Shown here: positions 41,928-51,787 of the stretch, in pieces
How the letters are laid out: every line of letters starts with the position of its first letter
Numbering within the stretch: the stretch's first letter is position 1
Assembly: GCA_008369845.1 (NCBI GenBank)
Contig: MRSU01011477.1
Coordinates: forward strand, 1-51,787
Length of the DNA stretch: 51,787 bases
Source: Trichomonas gallinae
Taxonomy: Eukaryota
Direction of reading: 5' to 3'
Notes under the pieces: model-generated
Database searches by the model: none
What the model was told of the DNA's origin: nothing
The model's input: only the letters and a program-made list of their open reading frames with translations
Translations under genes and position numbers: made by a program

Positions 41928-42896
41928 TTAAATTTCCGTTTCGAAAGTATTTTCGCGATTAATTTCCATTTCCTTGGGTGGTAATTTCCATATCTGCATC
42001 TCTTGAGCATATTTTGTCTGGATATCCTTTAATGTTTTTGGCTCATATGGTTGCCAAGCGTACATTGCTGGTTTCTTTGCAGAATCTTCCTTGCAGCTAT
42101 CTACATAAACTCTGAGATCATCAGCAGTGTCTTCTGGAAGAGATTGCAAATCAAGATCGATTGGAAGTTTTTCAGGACGAAATTCTCCTTTCTGTAAAAT
42201 TTCTATAACACCAAACAGAGCAGGGGATGACAATTCCCTGATATCTTTAGCTAATTGTTCATAATCTCTTGTATTTAATTTTCGAATGAGCTTCTGCACG
42301 ACTTTCTTTGGTGCTTCGCTTGCTTTTTTGGCTCTCTCCCTATCTCTTTTTGTATTCATGTATTTACTTTGAAGTTTAGCGATTTTTTGATCAGCAATGC
42401 TTGAATGTGCGTCTTTTTCTAGTTCTTGTGGATTTTTATTGAGTAAATTGAGGAGATCACAAAGCAAATATGACATTTTGAGTGCAGCCTGGTGAACAAA
42501 GTGATCAAGAGGGTTGAACTGCGTTGCATTGTTTATAAGTAATTTAATGTCTGTGACTAATTCCGAAAAATTCAAGTATTTTCTACTAAGAGCCTTCTTA
42601 CGGATGAGGCTGAGGTCTATAGGGTTCTTAATGATTTCATAATAGTTTATAGCATTATCAATCTCAGGGTCAACCGCTCTTAAGAAATAAATTGAGCAAT
42701 CATCGGCAATAATCCTATCAATAATCGATAAAATGCATGGAAGAGCTTTATCTTCCGGGCAAGTGATTTCTGGATATTCTGCCTGTTTCTCATATGCTGT
42801 CGTGGTATGGCCAGCAACGACGTGAGCAGTCTTGAAAATAAGCCTAGTGTTCTGGCCACCAACTGTTAATGGGGATAATAAAAGCTTGTAAGTCAT
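41928..42896 (-). CDS. Bromodomain + ET domain protein (BET/GTE-like)
   Basis: FLRAVDP...YYEIIKNPIDLSLIRKK...NATQFN bromodomain; EQLAKDIREL...IDLDLQSLPEDTADDLRVYV ET-like domain. First ATG, preceded by Inr-like TCACT. Confidence 0.88.
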   Translation of the reverse strand: MTYKLLLSPLTVGGQNTRLIFKTAHVVAGHTTTAYEKQAEYPEITCPEDKALPCILSIIDRIIADDCSIYFLRAVDPEIDNAINYYEIIKNPIDLSLIRKKALSRKYLNFSELVTDIKLLINNATQFNPLDHFVHQAALKMSYLLCDLLNLLNKNPQELEKDAHSSIADQKIAKLQSKYMNTKRDRERAKKASEAPKKVVQKLIRKLNTRDYEQLAKDIRELSSPALFGVIEILQKGEFRPEKLPIDLDLQSLPEDTADDLRVYVDSCKEDSAKKPAMYAWQPYEPKTLKDIQTKYAQEMQIWKLPPKEMEINRENTFETEI

Positions 42897-43754
42897 ATGA
42901 GTGACACTTTTTCGCTCCTCAGTGAACAATAATTTTTTTCTCGAATTTGGTTGTTTAACATTGATGAATACTATCAGTACATGCTACATATTCGATTTAT
43001 GAACGAGATTTTACCAAAAACTCATATTTTATAATTCCAAAATTTCAACATTATTTATATAATTGGCATTCATAAACATCATATCCACAAACTATATATT
43101 GAAATATGAATGATATTTTATCAAAAAATCATATTTTTGACTAAATCATATCAATTGATTTCATCAGCATCAAAAATAATGAAATATCATATATGTGGTG
43201 TATTACCTAGATTATCAACGCAATAATTATAGAAAAACACTAAAATAAACTCTCAAAATGTGTAACTCGCTCATTTCGAAGAATAGAAACACAGACGCAT
43301 GAGAGAGTATTTAATGATATTTCAAAGCATATAATTTCAAAATATATTTTCAACGTTGTTCATATATTTGACATTGATAAATGCCATTATTACAAGTGAT
43401 ATATTGGATTAAGAATTGCTATTATATCAAAAAGATTTGATGTTTTATAGGAAGTTTTCTTTTCATGCATTTTGACATATTGTACATAATAATATATTAT
43501 TAACACAATCTATATATTAACAATGTGCATGATATTTTACCTATTACCCTTGATTTGAAATAATTTTAATGTTTTCACTAGTATTAACTTATTGCACATA
43601 GTTCATATCATTCGCATAGATAATCTATTAAAATTATGCATGATATTTTATCTATTGTCCAAGATTTGAGATTTCAGAAAATATATTTGCAGTGTACATT
43701 GTATTAAAGTTATAAATAATTAATTATTCATTACTGTTTTAATACTTACAAAAA

Positions 43755-44723
43755 TTAGATTAACAAGCAGGCGCTCTTATTGATATATTTGAATTCATGT
43801 CCCATTGAGATCAAAAATCCTGTAGGATCAAAGTTATTTGCAGATGTGTCGATTTTAATATTCACACCTTCAGGTTTTATGCTCATCCATTGGTATGGAA
43901 TTTCGGTTGCGATTTTTGACGCGAGTTGCTTATGGATAAATGCGTAATCTGGTGTATCCATGAAGTCAAGTGACTCAATATGCTTAGCAATCTCAACAAA
44001 TTCTGGGCCTAAAGGTTGAACAATCGTTTGTAACGAATTCTCATTTTTCATGCTGGTAATTTTATCAACTGGATCTTTTAATGTCCATGGAAGCTTGAAT
44101 TCTGATAGCTGCATCACTGAATAAATCCAAGAAATCATGTCATCTCTTCTTGACAATTCAATATGCTTATGAGCATTTGTAGATGCATAGTAAGGGCTCC
44201 ACGCGATTTTTACAAAGTCTCTCGCTTCAAGATGATTTCCATCTCTGTCGCAGTATTGTTTTGATATGCCAAAGTCTAGTAATGCCAATGGATAAGATCC
44301 ACTATAGCGAAGAACGAAGTTATCCGGTTTAATATCACGATGAACAAAACCTGCTTTATGCAAATTCTCGATACAGCTTAACATATCATCTGCAAGCTTA
44401 TATACGTAGCTTATTTGAAACTGATTTTGAGGCATTTTGTCTATTACGTGGTTCAAAGCTGGTCCGCACAATTCCATCACTAAATAAGCAAAATTGCCAT
44501 CTCTACCAGACGATACTAGCTTCGGAAACCAGCCAGAATTACTTAAACGCTTCATAACTGTAATTTCGAATTCGAGAGTTCTAATTTTCGCATCTAAAGG
44601 TTCGATTTTCATTGCGAAATATCCGGGTTCACCATCGGACTTTACCATATACACATCCCCGAAGCCTCCTGAGCCGATACATTCAACAATTGTATAGAAG
44701 CCGATGACTGTACCAGGCTGCAT
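43755..44723 (-). CDS. CK1-group (TTBK-like) protein kinase with C-terminal CaaX
   Basis: IGSGGFGDVY, AMKIE, VMELCGPAL, HRDIKPDNF, LLDFG, SRRDDMISW; ends CLLI. Start moved to MQPGTVIG. Confidence 0.93.
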   Translation of the reverse strand: MQPGTVIGFYTIVECIGSGGFGDVYMVKSDGEPGYFAMKIEPLDAKIRTLEFEITVMKRLSNSGWFPKLVSSGRDGNFAYLVMELCGPALNHVIDKMPQNQFQISYVYKLADDMLSCIENLHKAGFVHRDIKPDNFVLRYSGSYPLALLDFGISKQYCDRDGNHLEARDFVKIAWSPYYASTNAHKHIELSRRDDMISWIYSVMQLSEFKLPWTLKDPVDKITSMKNENSLQTIVQPLGPEFVEIAKHIESLDFMDTPDYAFIHKQLASKIATEIPYQWMSIKPEGVNIKIDTSANNFDPTGFLISMGHEFKYINKSACLLI

Positions 44724-44841
44724 AGTTTTTGTGATGCGAAACTTGACAAGTAAATTCTTACATCTGACAAATAACAAAATTTTAGTTTTACATGTCAAAT
44801 ACTAAAAATTTAATTTTACATGACAAATTTTAATTTATAAA

Positions 44842-45552
44842 ATGATAAATGATAACAAAGCGTATTTACTAAGATTGAAAGCAGCATCCAGGCTGAAAAG
44901 CATACCAAAAGATGAATACAAGGCTAAATATGTATTGGATGCTTCCACTTCTAAGCAGACACTTCACATAGAGACAGAATTCAATCGAAACTACAAAACA
45001 ATTATATCACAAGCTTCTGCATCAATGAGAGAAGGAAACTATGAAAATGCAGTCCATCTGTTTACAAATTTGCTGAAAATAAATCCTAATGATTATAACG
45101 TACTTATCGATCGAGCGAAATGTTTCCACAAACTGAAGAAATCTAAACTGGCATTAAAAGATTTAGACACTATACTCTTTAAAGAGCCGAATCATCCGCG
45201 AGCTCTGCTTGCAAAAGCTGAATTATTGTATGATGTCGAAGATTTCTCATCAGCGCTCACATTTTTCCAGGCTGGCTATAATATACGCAAAGATATGACT
45301 GCTTTTTCCGTTGGGATTGAAAAAACGAGAAAATCAATGGAAACTTCTCATTCTCAGACTTTGATTCAACCAGATCAATTATTAGCAAACGCTTCAAAGA
45401 GGCAAGAAGTTTTAGGCGATTTAGACATTGATTATCATTTCTTGAATGAATTTGAAACAAATCATCCAACAGATTCTGCATTAAGCCAACAGGTGCATGA
45501 ACTCTTATCATATATTGAGAAACAAAATGAGTTTCTTATCAAAAACACATAA
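44842..45552 (+). CDS. TPR protein resembling the N-terminal half of TTC25/ODAD4, 236 aa
   Basis: Three TPRs ending KAELLYDVEDFSSALTFFQAGYNIR..FSVGIEK plus LGDLDIDYHFL, matching remembered TTC25 blocks (KAETLYTMGDFEFALVFYHRGYKLR..FRVGIQK; LGELYVDKEYL). Confidence 0.75.
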   Translation: MINDNKAYLLRLKAASRLKSIPKDEYKAKYVLDASTSKQTLHIETEFNRNYKTIISQASASMREGNYENAVHLFTNLLKINPNDYNVLIDRAKCFHKLKKSKLALKDLDTILFKEPNHPRALLAKAELLYDVEDFSSALTFFQAGYNIRKDMTAFSVGIEKTRKSMETSHSQTLIQPDQLLANASKRQEVLGDLDIDYHFLNEFETNHPTDSALSQQVHELLSYIEKQNEFLIKNT

Positions 45553-45811
45553 TTTTATTATTATTTTATATTATTGTTTGAATTCGGATAAATACTATAG
45601 TATTCAATCCTGCTTTGCTAATACCGCATAATATGTTTTTCTTTTTACCCCGAATTTACTGAAAATTCCACGCAAATTATTGAAATCATTCATTAAGCAA
45701 TTCTTTTTGATTAAACATCGTGAATATACAATTATCTAGCTATACACTATATAATAAGTGGTATAATGAAAAATAAAAAGGATAAAAAATTGGATTGAAA
45801 TTTCGTTGAAA

Positions 45812-46207
45812 TTAAACATAAGAAGTATATCCTGAATATGTTGTGATATTAAAACCTTCAATACCACATACATTCATAATCTTTTGTTGTTTTTTAACTA
45901 TATTCTTTTCTTCGACTAACTTTTGATAAAGATGCTCAGCTTTCTCGCGCTCTAATCGTGTGTTGATAAGAATCAGCTTTAAATTTTCAATTTCAATCTT
46001 CTTTTCATCCGAATTAATTTCTAAGAATGCATTTTCATGCATTTCTTTGAAACGAGTAATGTCATCTTTGAGTTTCGAACATTTCTCGAAAGATTGTTTG
46101 TCATCATTAGATGCAAATGATGACCAAATCGGAGGAATCATTTTTAGAAAAGTGTCAAAGTATTTATTTGAATTGCAAAATATTTGTGAAATTATGCTTG
46201 TATCCAT
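45812..46207 (-). CDS. Hypothetical coiled-coil protein
   Basis: Open frame from first ATG (MDTSII) with a charged helical C-terminal half. Confidence 0.55.
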   Translation of the reverse strand: MDTSIISQIFCNSNKYFDTFLKMIPPIWSSFASNDDKQSFEKCSKLKDDITRFKEMHENAFLEINSDEKKIEIENLKLILINTRLEREKAEHLYQKLVEEKNIVKKQQKIMNVCGIEGFNITTYSGYTSYV

Positions 46208-46561
46208 TGAGTTTTGTTTAAATACAAAAAAATCATCAATTTCGTTTTGATTTTTAAATGAGTTTATAAGATATTCGAATTTCTTCAATACTACAGTATT
46301 ACAATGAGATAAGGAGTTGTATCCTTGATGGAGACATTTAAAACACTATTATTTTTTTTTTCATTTCATCTACATTTATGATGCTACAAAATTTAATCTA
46401 TTGTATGTTATGGATTTCGACGATGTTATATAAAATATTCAATGATATATGTATTCATGAAGTTTCTAATATGAAATGATATTTTATTCAAAACATGTAT
46501 TCTCTATAAACAGTATTGCGCTTTATATACAAAACAGTTTGTGAAATCGACTAACTGTGAC

Positions 46562-46828
46562 TTATTTTTCGCTTGAACCACGTTCTGCAATTGTAAAGTC
46601 CATCTTTGTTTCAGTTTCGGCGATGTCAAACATTGGTGAGACTGATGTAATATCTTTCATGATTCTTCGGAGGTGGAATCCGTAGAATGCTAAGAGCGCA
46701 CCTAATGAAAGGAACATTATAATCATTGCTACAGGATGACCACCAGTAGATGAGAAAGAAACGACTTCTATCGCTGCGTCTTCAGGTAATTCTGAAGCTA
46801 TCAATGAAAATATCCAAAATAGAAGCAT
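46562..46828 (-). CDS. Small type I membrane protein (~88 aa)
   Basis: Signal-like MLLFWIFSLIAS, one TM (VAMIIMFLSLGALLAFYGF), short tail. Confidence 0.7.
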   Translation of the reverse strand: MLLFWIFSLIASELPEDAAIEVVSFSSTGGHPVAMIIMFLSLGALLAFYGFHLRRIMKDITSVSPMFDIAETETKMDFTIAERGSSEK

Positions 46829-47107
46829 TTGTTTTGACACTTTTCAATTTTTGACATGTAAATTTACAATATTTTACCACATTTCTTTGCAAATGAAATT
46901 ATACTATATATGAAACATATTATAGCTAATATCAGCATCATATAGCTATGTAAGATACTTATTTAATGTGGAATAATGGTTATAAAGCAAATTTGGGAAG
47001 ATGATTGAATGATTTTGACATGTAGAATGTTAATGTCAGAAAAGGGAAATAGCCGTTTTCTTTTTGATGCGAACAAAGTTGTTCAAAATCGAAATTATAA
47101 AAAGGAA

Positions 47108-47632
47108 ATGAGTGCTGACCAAAACTCAGCTATTATGAAAGCAATGGAAACCCATAAAAAGGTCCAGGAATTGACAGAAGCAAACAACAAACTTAGACAG
47201 CAAATTCAGGAGAGACAAGAAATTTTCGAACGCCTTTCTCAATTAACATTATCCTCCGCCGCTCTTTTAAGCTCAGTCGATAGCACAGCTCCAGTTACAG
47301 AGATGTCATCCGTTAAATGCCTTTCTAAGCTCGAGGAATCATCTGCTGTCAATGGAGAAGACGAAAAGAAGGATGAGGATCAGGTTAAGCTTATCATTGG
47401 AAAATATCTTAATCACTTACTTGTCAAACTTGTTGACTTCGCCGAAAAGAATCCAGAACAAATCGATATCTTAGGAATGCAGGACATTGAAGAAGGAATG
47501 GCTGAACTTTACCACTTCGCTGAAGATAGAGGAATTATCCCAGAAACAAAGCCAACAGATGGATGGAAGCAGAGTGTTGCTATTCATCAACAGCTTTTCG
47601 AGAAGCTTAAGTCTATCATGAGTGCTAATTAA
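47108..47632 (+). CDS. Hypothetical protein with N-terminal coiled coil
   Basis: Coding-like composition from MSADQNS; M3-like AGCCGTTT at 47051-47058 upstream; stop within TAAA. Confidence 0.75.
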   Translation: MSADQNSAIMKAMETHKKVQELTEANNKLRQQIQERQEIFERLSQLTLSSAALLSSVDSTAPVTEMSSVKCLSKLEESSAVNGEDEKKDEDQVKLIIGKYLNHLLVKLVDFAEKNPEQIDILGMQDIEEGMAELYHFAEDRGIIPETKPTDGWKQSVAIHQQLFEKLKSIMSAN

Positions 47633-47987
47633 ATAAATTAATGATTGCTGATGATTTGATATTTTAATTAACTTGTCTTTTTAATATTGATTTATTAAAA
47701 AAAGTTATTTGAATATAATCCATTCCATTGCTATTTTGTGCGTTAACACGCATTAATATTTAGCACTGCACATATATGCATGCAAAAATTAATATTTTGC
47801 ACATAAATGCGGAGTAAATGATGTGTTAATGCATTATTATCAATAATCCAGTACTATACGGAATGGCATATATGTAGCGAGCGCTTTTTCTCTTAGAGAA
47901 ATCCTAATCAAACGGTGGCAAAATTTCGACACGTAAAATTATCATTACATGTCAAAATCTTGCATGTTCTCAGATTTACATATCTTT

Positions 47988-48262
47988 GATGGTTGAAAAA
48001 AATGATCAAATTTTACATAACTTTCAATAATGTTGCATTCCAAAGAATGGTTTATATGTAACAAGCACCTTTACTCGTCGAGAAATTCAGATCTTTCAAT
48101 AAATTTGCATCCCAGGGAATGATTTATAAATATTTATATTTTGAAATGCAAAAATTAATTACGTGTCAAAAATAAGTTTATTGTCAGATTCGAAAGATGG
48201 TTGAAAAATTTGATCAAATTTGCATAAATTTCCAATAATTCTGCACTATAGGGAATGGTTCA
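47988..48262. repeat. Imperfect direct duplication (~65-bp core, 208-bp offset) upstream of the Rab gene
   Basis: GATGGTTGAAAAA..TGATCAAATTT..CATAA.TT.CAATAAT..TGCA....GAATGGTT at 47988 and 48196; partial third copy near 48093. Confidence 0.8.
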
Positions 48263-48414
48263 TCGGATAAAAATTCGTTTTTGCTGAAAATTTGACCGAA
48301 TTACAACAAAAAATCGGAATTTTAATGACAGAATCTGCTCTTTGTATTACGAGCTTGAAAGAAAACATTTTTTTTTTAAGATTGAAAATGTCTGTTCGAA
48401 ATTCAAAAAAATAA

Positions 48415-49026
48415 ATGAGTGCAATGGATGATGACAGTCAAACGACGCAGCTTAAAATTACCGTCATAGGTGAGTACTTTGTTGGAAAGACAAGCGTTAT
48501 CAACCGTTTTGTTGAAGGAACGTTCGATGAGTCTTATTCTGCTACACTTGGATTTTCTTTCCTTTCGAAAGAGTTGACACATAATGGCAATAAATACATA
48601 TTAAACATCTGGGACACATCAGGATCAGAAAGATATAGAGCCGTTGCTCCGAATTATTATCGAGGATCAGATGGTTGTGTCCTAGTTTACGATTTAACAA
48701 ATCCAAAAAGTCTCGAAAGCTTAAACTATTGGTATGGTGAGTTCAGGCAACTGTCATCTAAGAACGGCGTCGAAGATGTTCCGGCATTATTAATTGGAAA
48801 CAAATCAGATCTTGATTACTCACCGGAAGTTGTTGCACAAGCACAATCTTTCGCTGAAGCAAAGGGTATCGCTAAGTGTTTAGTCACATCAGCTGTTAAT
48901 GGATCAAATATCGAAGAAACGTTCCTCAGCATGGTTGAACTCTGTAGCAGACATCAAAAGACTCAATTTGATCAAATTAGTTTGACTTTGCACGAAAGCA
49001 AAAGAAATTCCGGATGTGGTTGTTAA
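48415..49026 (+). CDS. Rab family GTPase (Rab5/22/24-like features), 203 aa
   Basis: GEYFVGKTS, TLG, WDTSGSERY, YYRG, GNKSD, TSA and C-terminal CGC prenylation motif. Confidence 0.93.
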   Translation: MSAMDDDSQTTQLKITVIGEYFVGKTSVINRFVEGTFDESYSATLGFSFLSKELTHNGNKYILNIWDTSGSERYRAVAPNYYRGSDGCVLVYDLTNPKSLESLNYWYGEFRQLSSKNGVEDVPALLIGNKSDLDYSPEVVAQAQSFAEAKGIAKCLVTSAVNGSNIEETFLSMVELCSRHQKTQFDQISLTLHESKRNSGCGC

Positions 49027-49717
49027 ACTACACACAAATTCGTTCGTTAGAACATCAATTACATCTATTGTGCGTTTGATTATCCATACAAGTTAGTTAT
49101 TATTTTACATAACTTAATTACAATTTTGAATTATTCCAATTTTATTATTTATTTTGTTATTTAATACGTTGTTAAAACTCTATTCATTTCTCATAGCATT
49201 ATCTTTTTACGAGAATATCATGGCGTCATTTAATTTCGAATCAAAATGTAGAAAAACTAAATGCAATAACGATGATAAATACAAAGAAAATCAATATATA
49301 GCATGTGTAGTAATTATATACACATTAAAATTCTTAATCACCAAATACATTATTCAAATCTAATCTTATTTTCATGAAAAATCTAATATGTATTTATATT
49401 GTTGTTGTTATAATTAGTATGGATACACATCCCCATGTATTGATTTTTCTTCTTACTGATAGCTCATTAAATATTGAATAAGAAATAGGATTCTATACGC
49501 TATTAGAAACTTCATGATAATATCCAGTGCCCGGTTGTATTGGAAGTTGTTATTGTACTCATGGAAGTTATAGTTACCATAACAGAAGTAATTGGATTAG
49601 TGTCAATTGGAGACAGTTCTCATCCATTGTGGGATGCATATTTCAAGTAAATGACCAGTCGGCGACTTTCTAAATAAATAAATTATAACTCAACAATGTT
49701 TATTCATATTATATAGT

Positions 49718-51223
49718 TTAGCCTTTGATGACACCCATTGGGACAAGGCGGGCGACTTTCTTAGAGATGCCAACAATCTGGCATGCATCAACAACTTGTT
49801 CGATGTCCTTGTAAGCATCTGGTGCCTCATCCATGATGGACTGCTTGTCGGCCGCTCTCAGGTATACACCGTGCTCGTTGAGTTGCTTGTTAACCATTTG
49901 CTTTGTGATGGTCTTCATAGCCTTCGAGCGAGACATCTGTCTGCCGGCGCCGTGGCATGTAGAGCCCCACGCATGCTTCATGGACTCGTCAGTGCCGATG
50001 AGCACGTATGAAGCTGTTCCCATAGAACCGCCGATAAGGATTGGCTGACCGATGGCTCTGTACTTCTCTGGGATTTCTGGGCGGCCCGGTCCGAATGCTC
50101 TTGTTGCACCCTTTCTGTGAACAACGAACTTCTTCTCAACGCCGTCAACGACGTGTGTCTCGACTTTAGCGATGTTGTGGGCGACGTCATAGACAAGATG
50201 TGTTTCGACCTCTTTGTCCTTGAATGTATCCTTGAATGCGCGACGGCAATCGTTCATGATGATTTGTCTGTTGCACCAAGCGAAGTTAGCTGCTGCGTAC
50301 ATGCAAGAGAGGTACTTCTGACCCTCCTCGCTTGTGTACGGTGGAGCAGCGAGCTGCTTGTCTGGAAGTGTTGAGGCGCAGAAGTTCCTAGAGCAAAGGT
50401 TGATCATTTCGTCGGCGACTTGGTGACCAAGACCGCGTGAACCTGTGTGGATCATGACGCAGACTTGGCCCTCGAAGAGACCCATGGCTTTGGCAGCTTC
50501 TTCGTCGAGGATTTTGTCAACGCGCTGTAATTCAACATAATGATTTCCGCAGCCAACTGTGCCGAGCTGACCAAGGCCACGAGTCATGACACGTTCTGAG
50601 ATCAAATCTGGATTTGCACCTTCAAGGCAGCCGTTTTCTTCGCAGTTTTCGATATCTTCTGGAATTGCAAAACCGTGTTCTAAGGCCCATTTAGCGCCTT
50701 TGACGAGTACTTCACGTAATCCTTCACGGTCGCAGATATCCTTGCGCTTACCACCAATGCCGACAGGAATATAATTGTATAAGCGATCAATAAGTCCTCT
50801 CTTGCGTGGTTCTACTTCTTCATATGTCAAGTTTGTTCTGAGAAGGCGGACACCGCAGTTAATATCGTAGCCAACGCCTCCTGGAGAAATAATTGATGTG
50901 GGATCTGTTAAATCGAAAGCTGCGACACCGCCAATGGAAAATCCATAGCCAGAATGCATATCTGGCATGCCGAAAGAGTTTCTATAGATGCCAGGAAGTG
51001 TTGCAACGAATGCGATTTGCATAATTGAAGGAAGAGCGCGATCTCTGTGCTGCATCCAGTTGTTGAGCTCCTCAAATTGAAGCTTAACCATTTCTTCTGT
51101 AGCATAGAAAATTCCAGGAACTCTCATATTTGGTACAAAGCCAATTGGAATCTCCCAGACGCACGGCCTGATTTCTTTGATTTGCTTTGGATCGATAACG
51201 AGGTCTCTAAGTGGAACAGACAT
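49718..51223 (-). CDS. RTCB: RNA-splicing ligase RtcB (eukaryote-type), 501 aa
   Basis: GFVPNMRVPG, PDMHSGYGFSIGG, GGVGYDINCGVR, GNHY, HTGSRGLGH, HRKGATRAF, GSMG, HGAGR, EAPDAYK, VIKG end. Confidence 0.97.
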   Translation of the reverse strand: MSVPLRDLVIDPKQIKEIRPCVWEIPIGFVPNMRVPGIFYATEEMVKLQFEELNNWMQHRDRALPSIMQIAFVATLPGIYRNSFGMPDMHSGYGFSIGGVAAFDLTDPTSIISPGGVGYDINCGVRLLRTNLTYEEVEPRKRGLIDRLYNYIPVGIGGKRKDICDREGLREVLVKGAKWALEHGFAIPEDIENCEENGCLEGANPDLISERVMTRGLGQLGTVGCGNHYVELQRVDKILDEEAAKAMGLFEGQVCVMIHTGSRGLGHQVADEMINLCSRNFCASTLPDKQLAAPPYTSEEGQKYLSCMYAAANFAWCNRQIIMNDCRRAFKDTFKDKEVETHLVYDVAHNIAKVETHVVDGVEKKFVVHRKGATRAFGPGRPEIPEKYRAIGQPILIGGSMGTASYVLIGTDESMKHAWGSTCHGAGRQMSRSKAMKTITKQMVNKQLNEHGVYLRAADKQSIMDEAPDAYKDIEQVVDACQIVGISKKVARLVPMGVIKG

Positions 51224-51787
51224 CGAAAATTATGAATTTCGGTTTTTTTGAATAAATACGATAAATTTTTTTTTTTGATGAATATTCTGCCATCTCACAT
51301 TTTGGTCAAATAAATACATTCATGATTAAGCTGGTAAAATAAAAAGACGTTGGATCGATAGATTATTGCCTATAGATCCTACCTATATAGTTTTCCTACT
51401 CTAAAAGCGTTTGTTTGATGTTGATTATAAGTTTTAGTGTCTCTTTAATAAGGATTGGCCAATTTTTATTTCATATTAATGTACTACTACTAATTATTAG
51501 TATTTTTCAATAATACAAGTTTGAACACATTTTTTGTTCAAAATTAATTTCATTAAACAAAGCAATCTGATCTGCTTCGATTTTCATGTATATTCGTAAT
51601 ACATTAATAACACTTAATGAATTTATTAATGCTATACTTGAATATCTTCGAGTTTTTGTTTCGATTAAAAATTGATAAAAGTAAAACTAATAGATTTAAG
51701 TTGTCAATAGGGATGCAACTTTGGAAGATAATTTGGACTCTGGAAGATCGAAAATTAGTTTCTGGAAGATAGTCTGGAAGATACGGT

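Noticed and set aside
43520..43670. Short duplicated TGCATGATATTTTAYCTATT segments
   Set aside because: Two AT-rich copies only, with no terminal repeats or other support.
2545..45552. Functional cluster of flagellar genes (SHIPPO, CFAP97-like, TTC25-like)
   Set aside because: Widely separated among unrelated genes; expected by chance in a flagellate genome.
49154..49680. 69-aa ORF and a coding-like stretch between the Rab and RtcB genes
   Set aside because: Non-ATG start, interrupted frames and no recognisable motif on hand translation.
49718..51223. RtcB as a bacterial transfer or part of an RNA repair/defence operon, given its GC-richer 3' half
   Set aside because: N-terminal and catalytic motifs are eukaryote-type, no partner genes are nearby, and codon bias is a sufficient explanation.
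1..51787. Spliceosomal introns, tRNA/rRNA genes and autonomous transposons
   Set aside because: No ACTAACACACAG-type intron end, cloverleaf, rRNA signature or transposase/integrase ORF was seen by eye; very short introns or small RNAs cannot be excluded without tools.

Overview
AT-rich, gene-dense eukaryotic DNA with apparently intron-free genes. It is most consistent with Trichomonas vaginalis or a close parabasalid; this is an inference from the very short 5' regions, Inr-like TCAYT and AAAGTGAC elements, TAAA poly(A)-like signals overlapping stop codons, and the expanded gene families present. I call 25 protein-coding genes: a small secreted protein, a 7TM protein, a SHIPPO-repeat protein, an ankyrin protein, HEATR5/Laa1, a TOR-like PIKK, an ARM protein, TAF5, two Pmp-like membrane proteins, an LRR/coiled-coil protein, a CFAP97-like acidic repeat protein, CDC123, a Ser-rich repeat protein, a Nup155-like protein, a DHHC-family enzyme, 14-3-3, RRM, bromodomain-ET, CK1, TTC25-like TPR, a Rab, RtcB and several hypotheticals. 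There is also an ankyrin remnant. No rRNA, tRNA, CRISPR array or autonomous transposon was seen. The strongest unexplained signals are non-coding: a quasi-palindromic TGACRYGTAAA motif in many 5' intergenic regions, often arrayed at 18-21 bp; a 3x45-46 bp hairpin repeat in a divergent promoter; a TAAGGTTA triplet upstream of two genes; and a fold-back element near 47.74-47.83 kb. Several proteins carry notable substitutions: DHSC without zinc-ligand Cys, TOR DYS with an eroded FRB, Rab switch-II Q to S, CK1 GT to WS, and an AGG where a start ATG is expected. All family assignments come from remembered motifs, not database searches.
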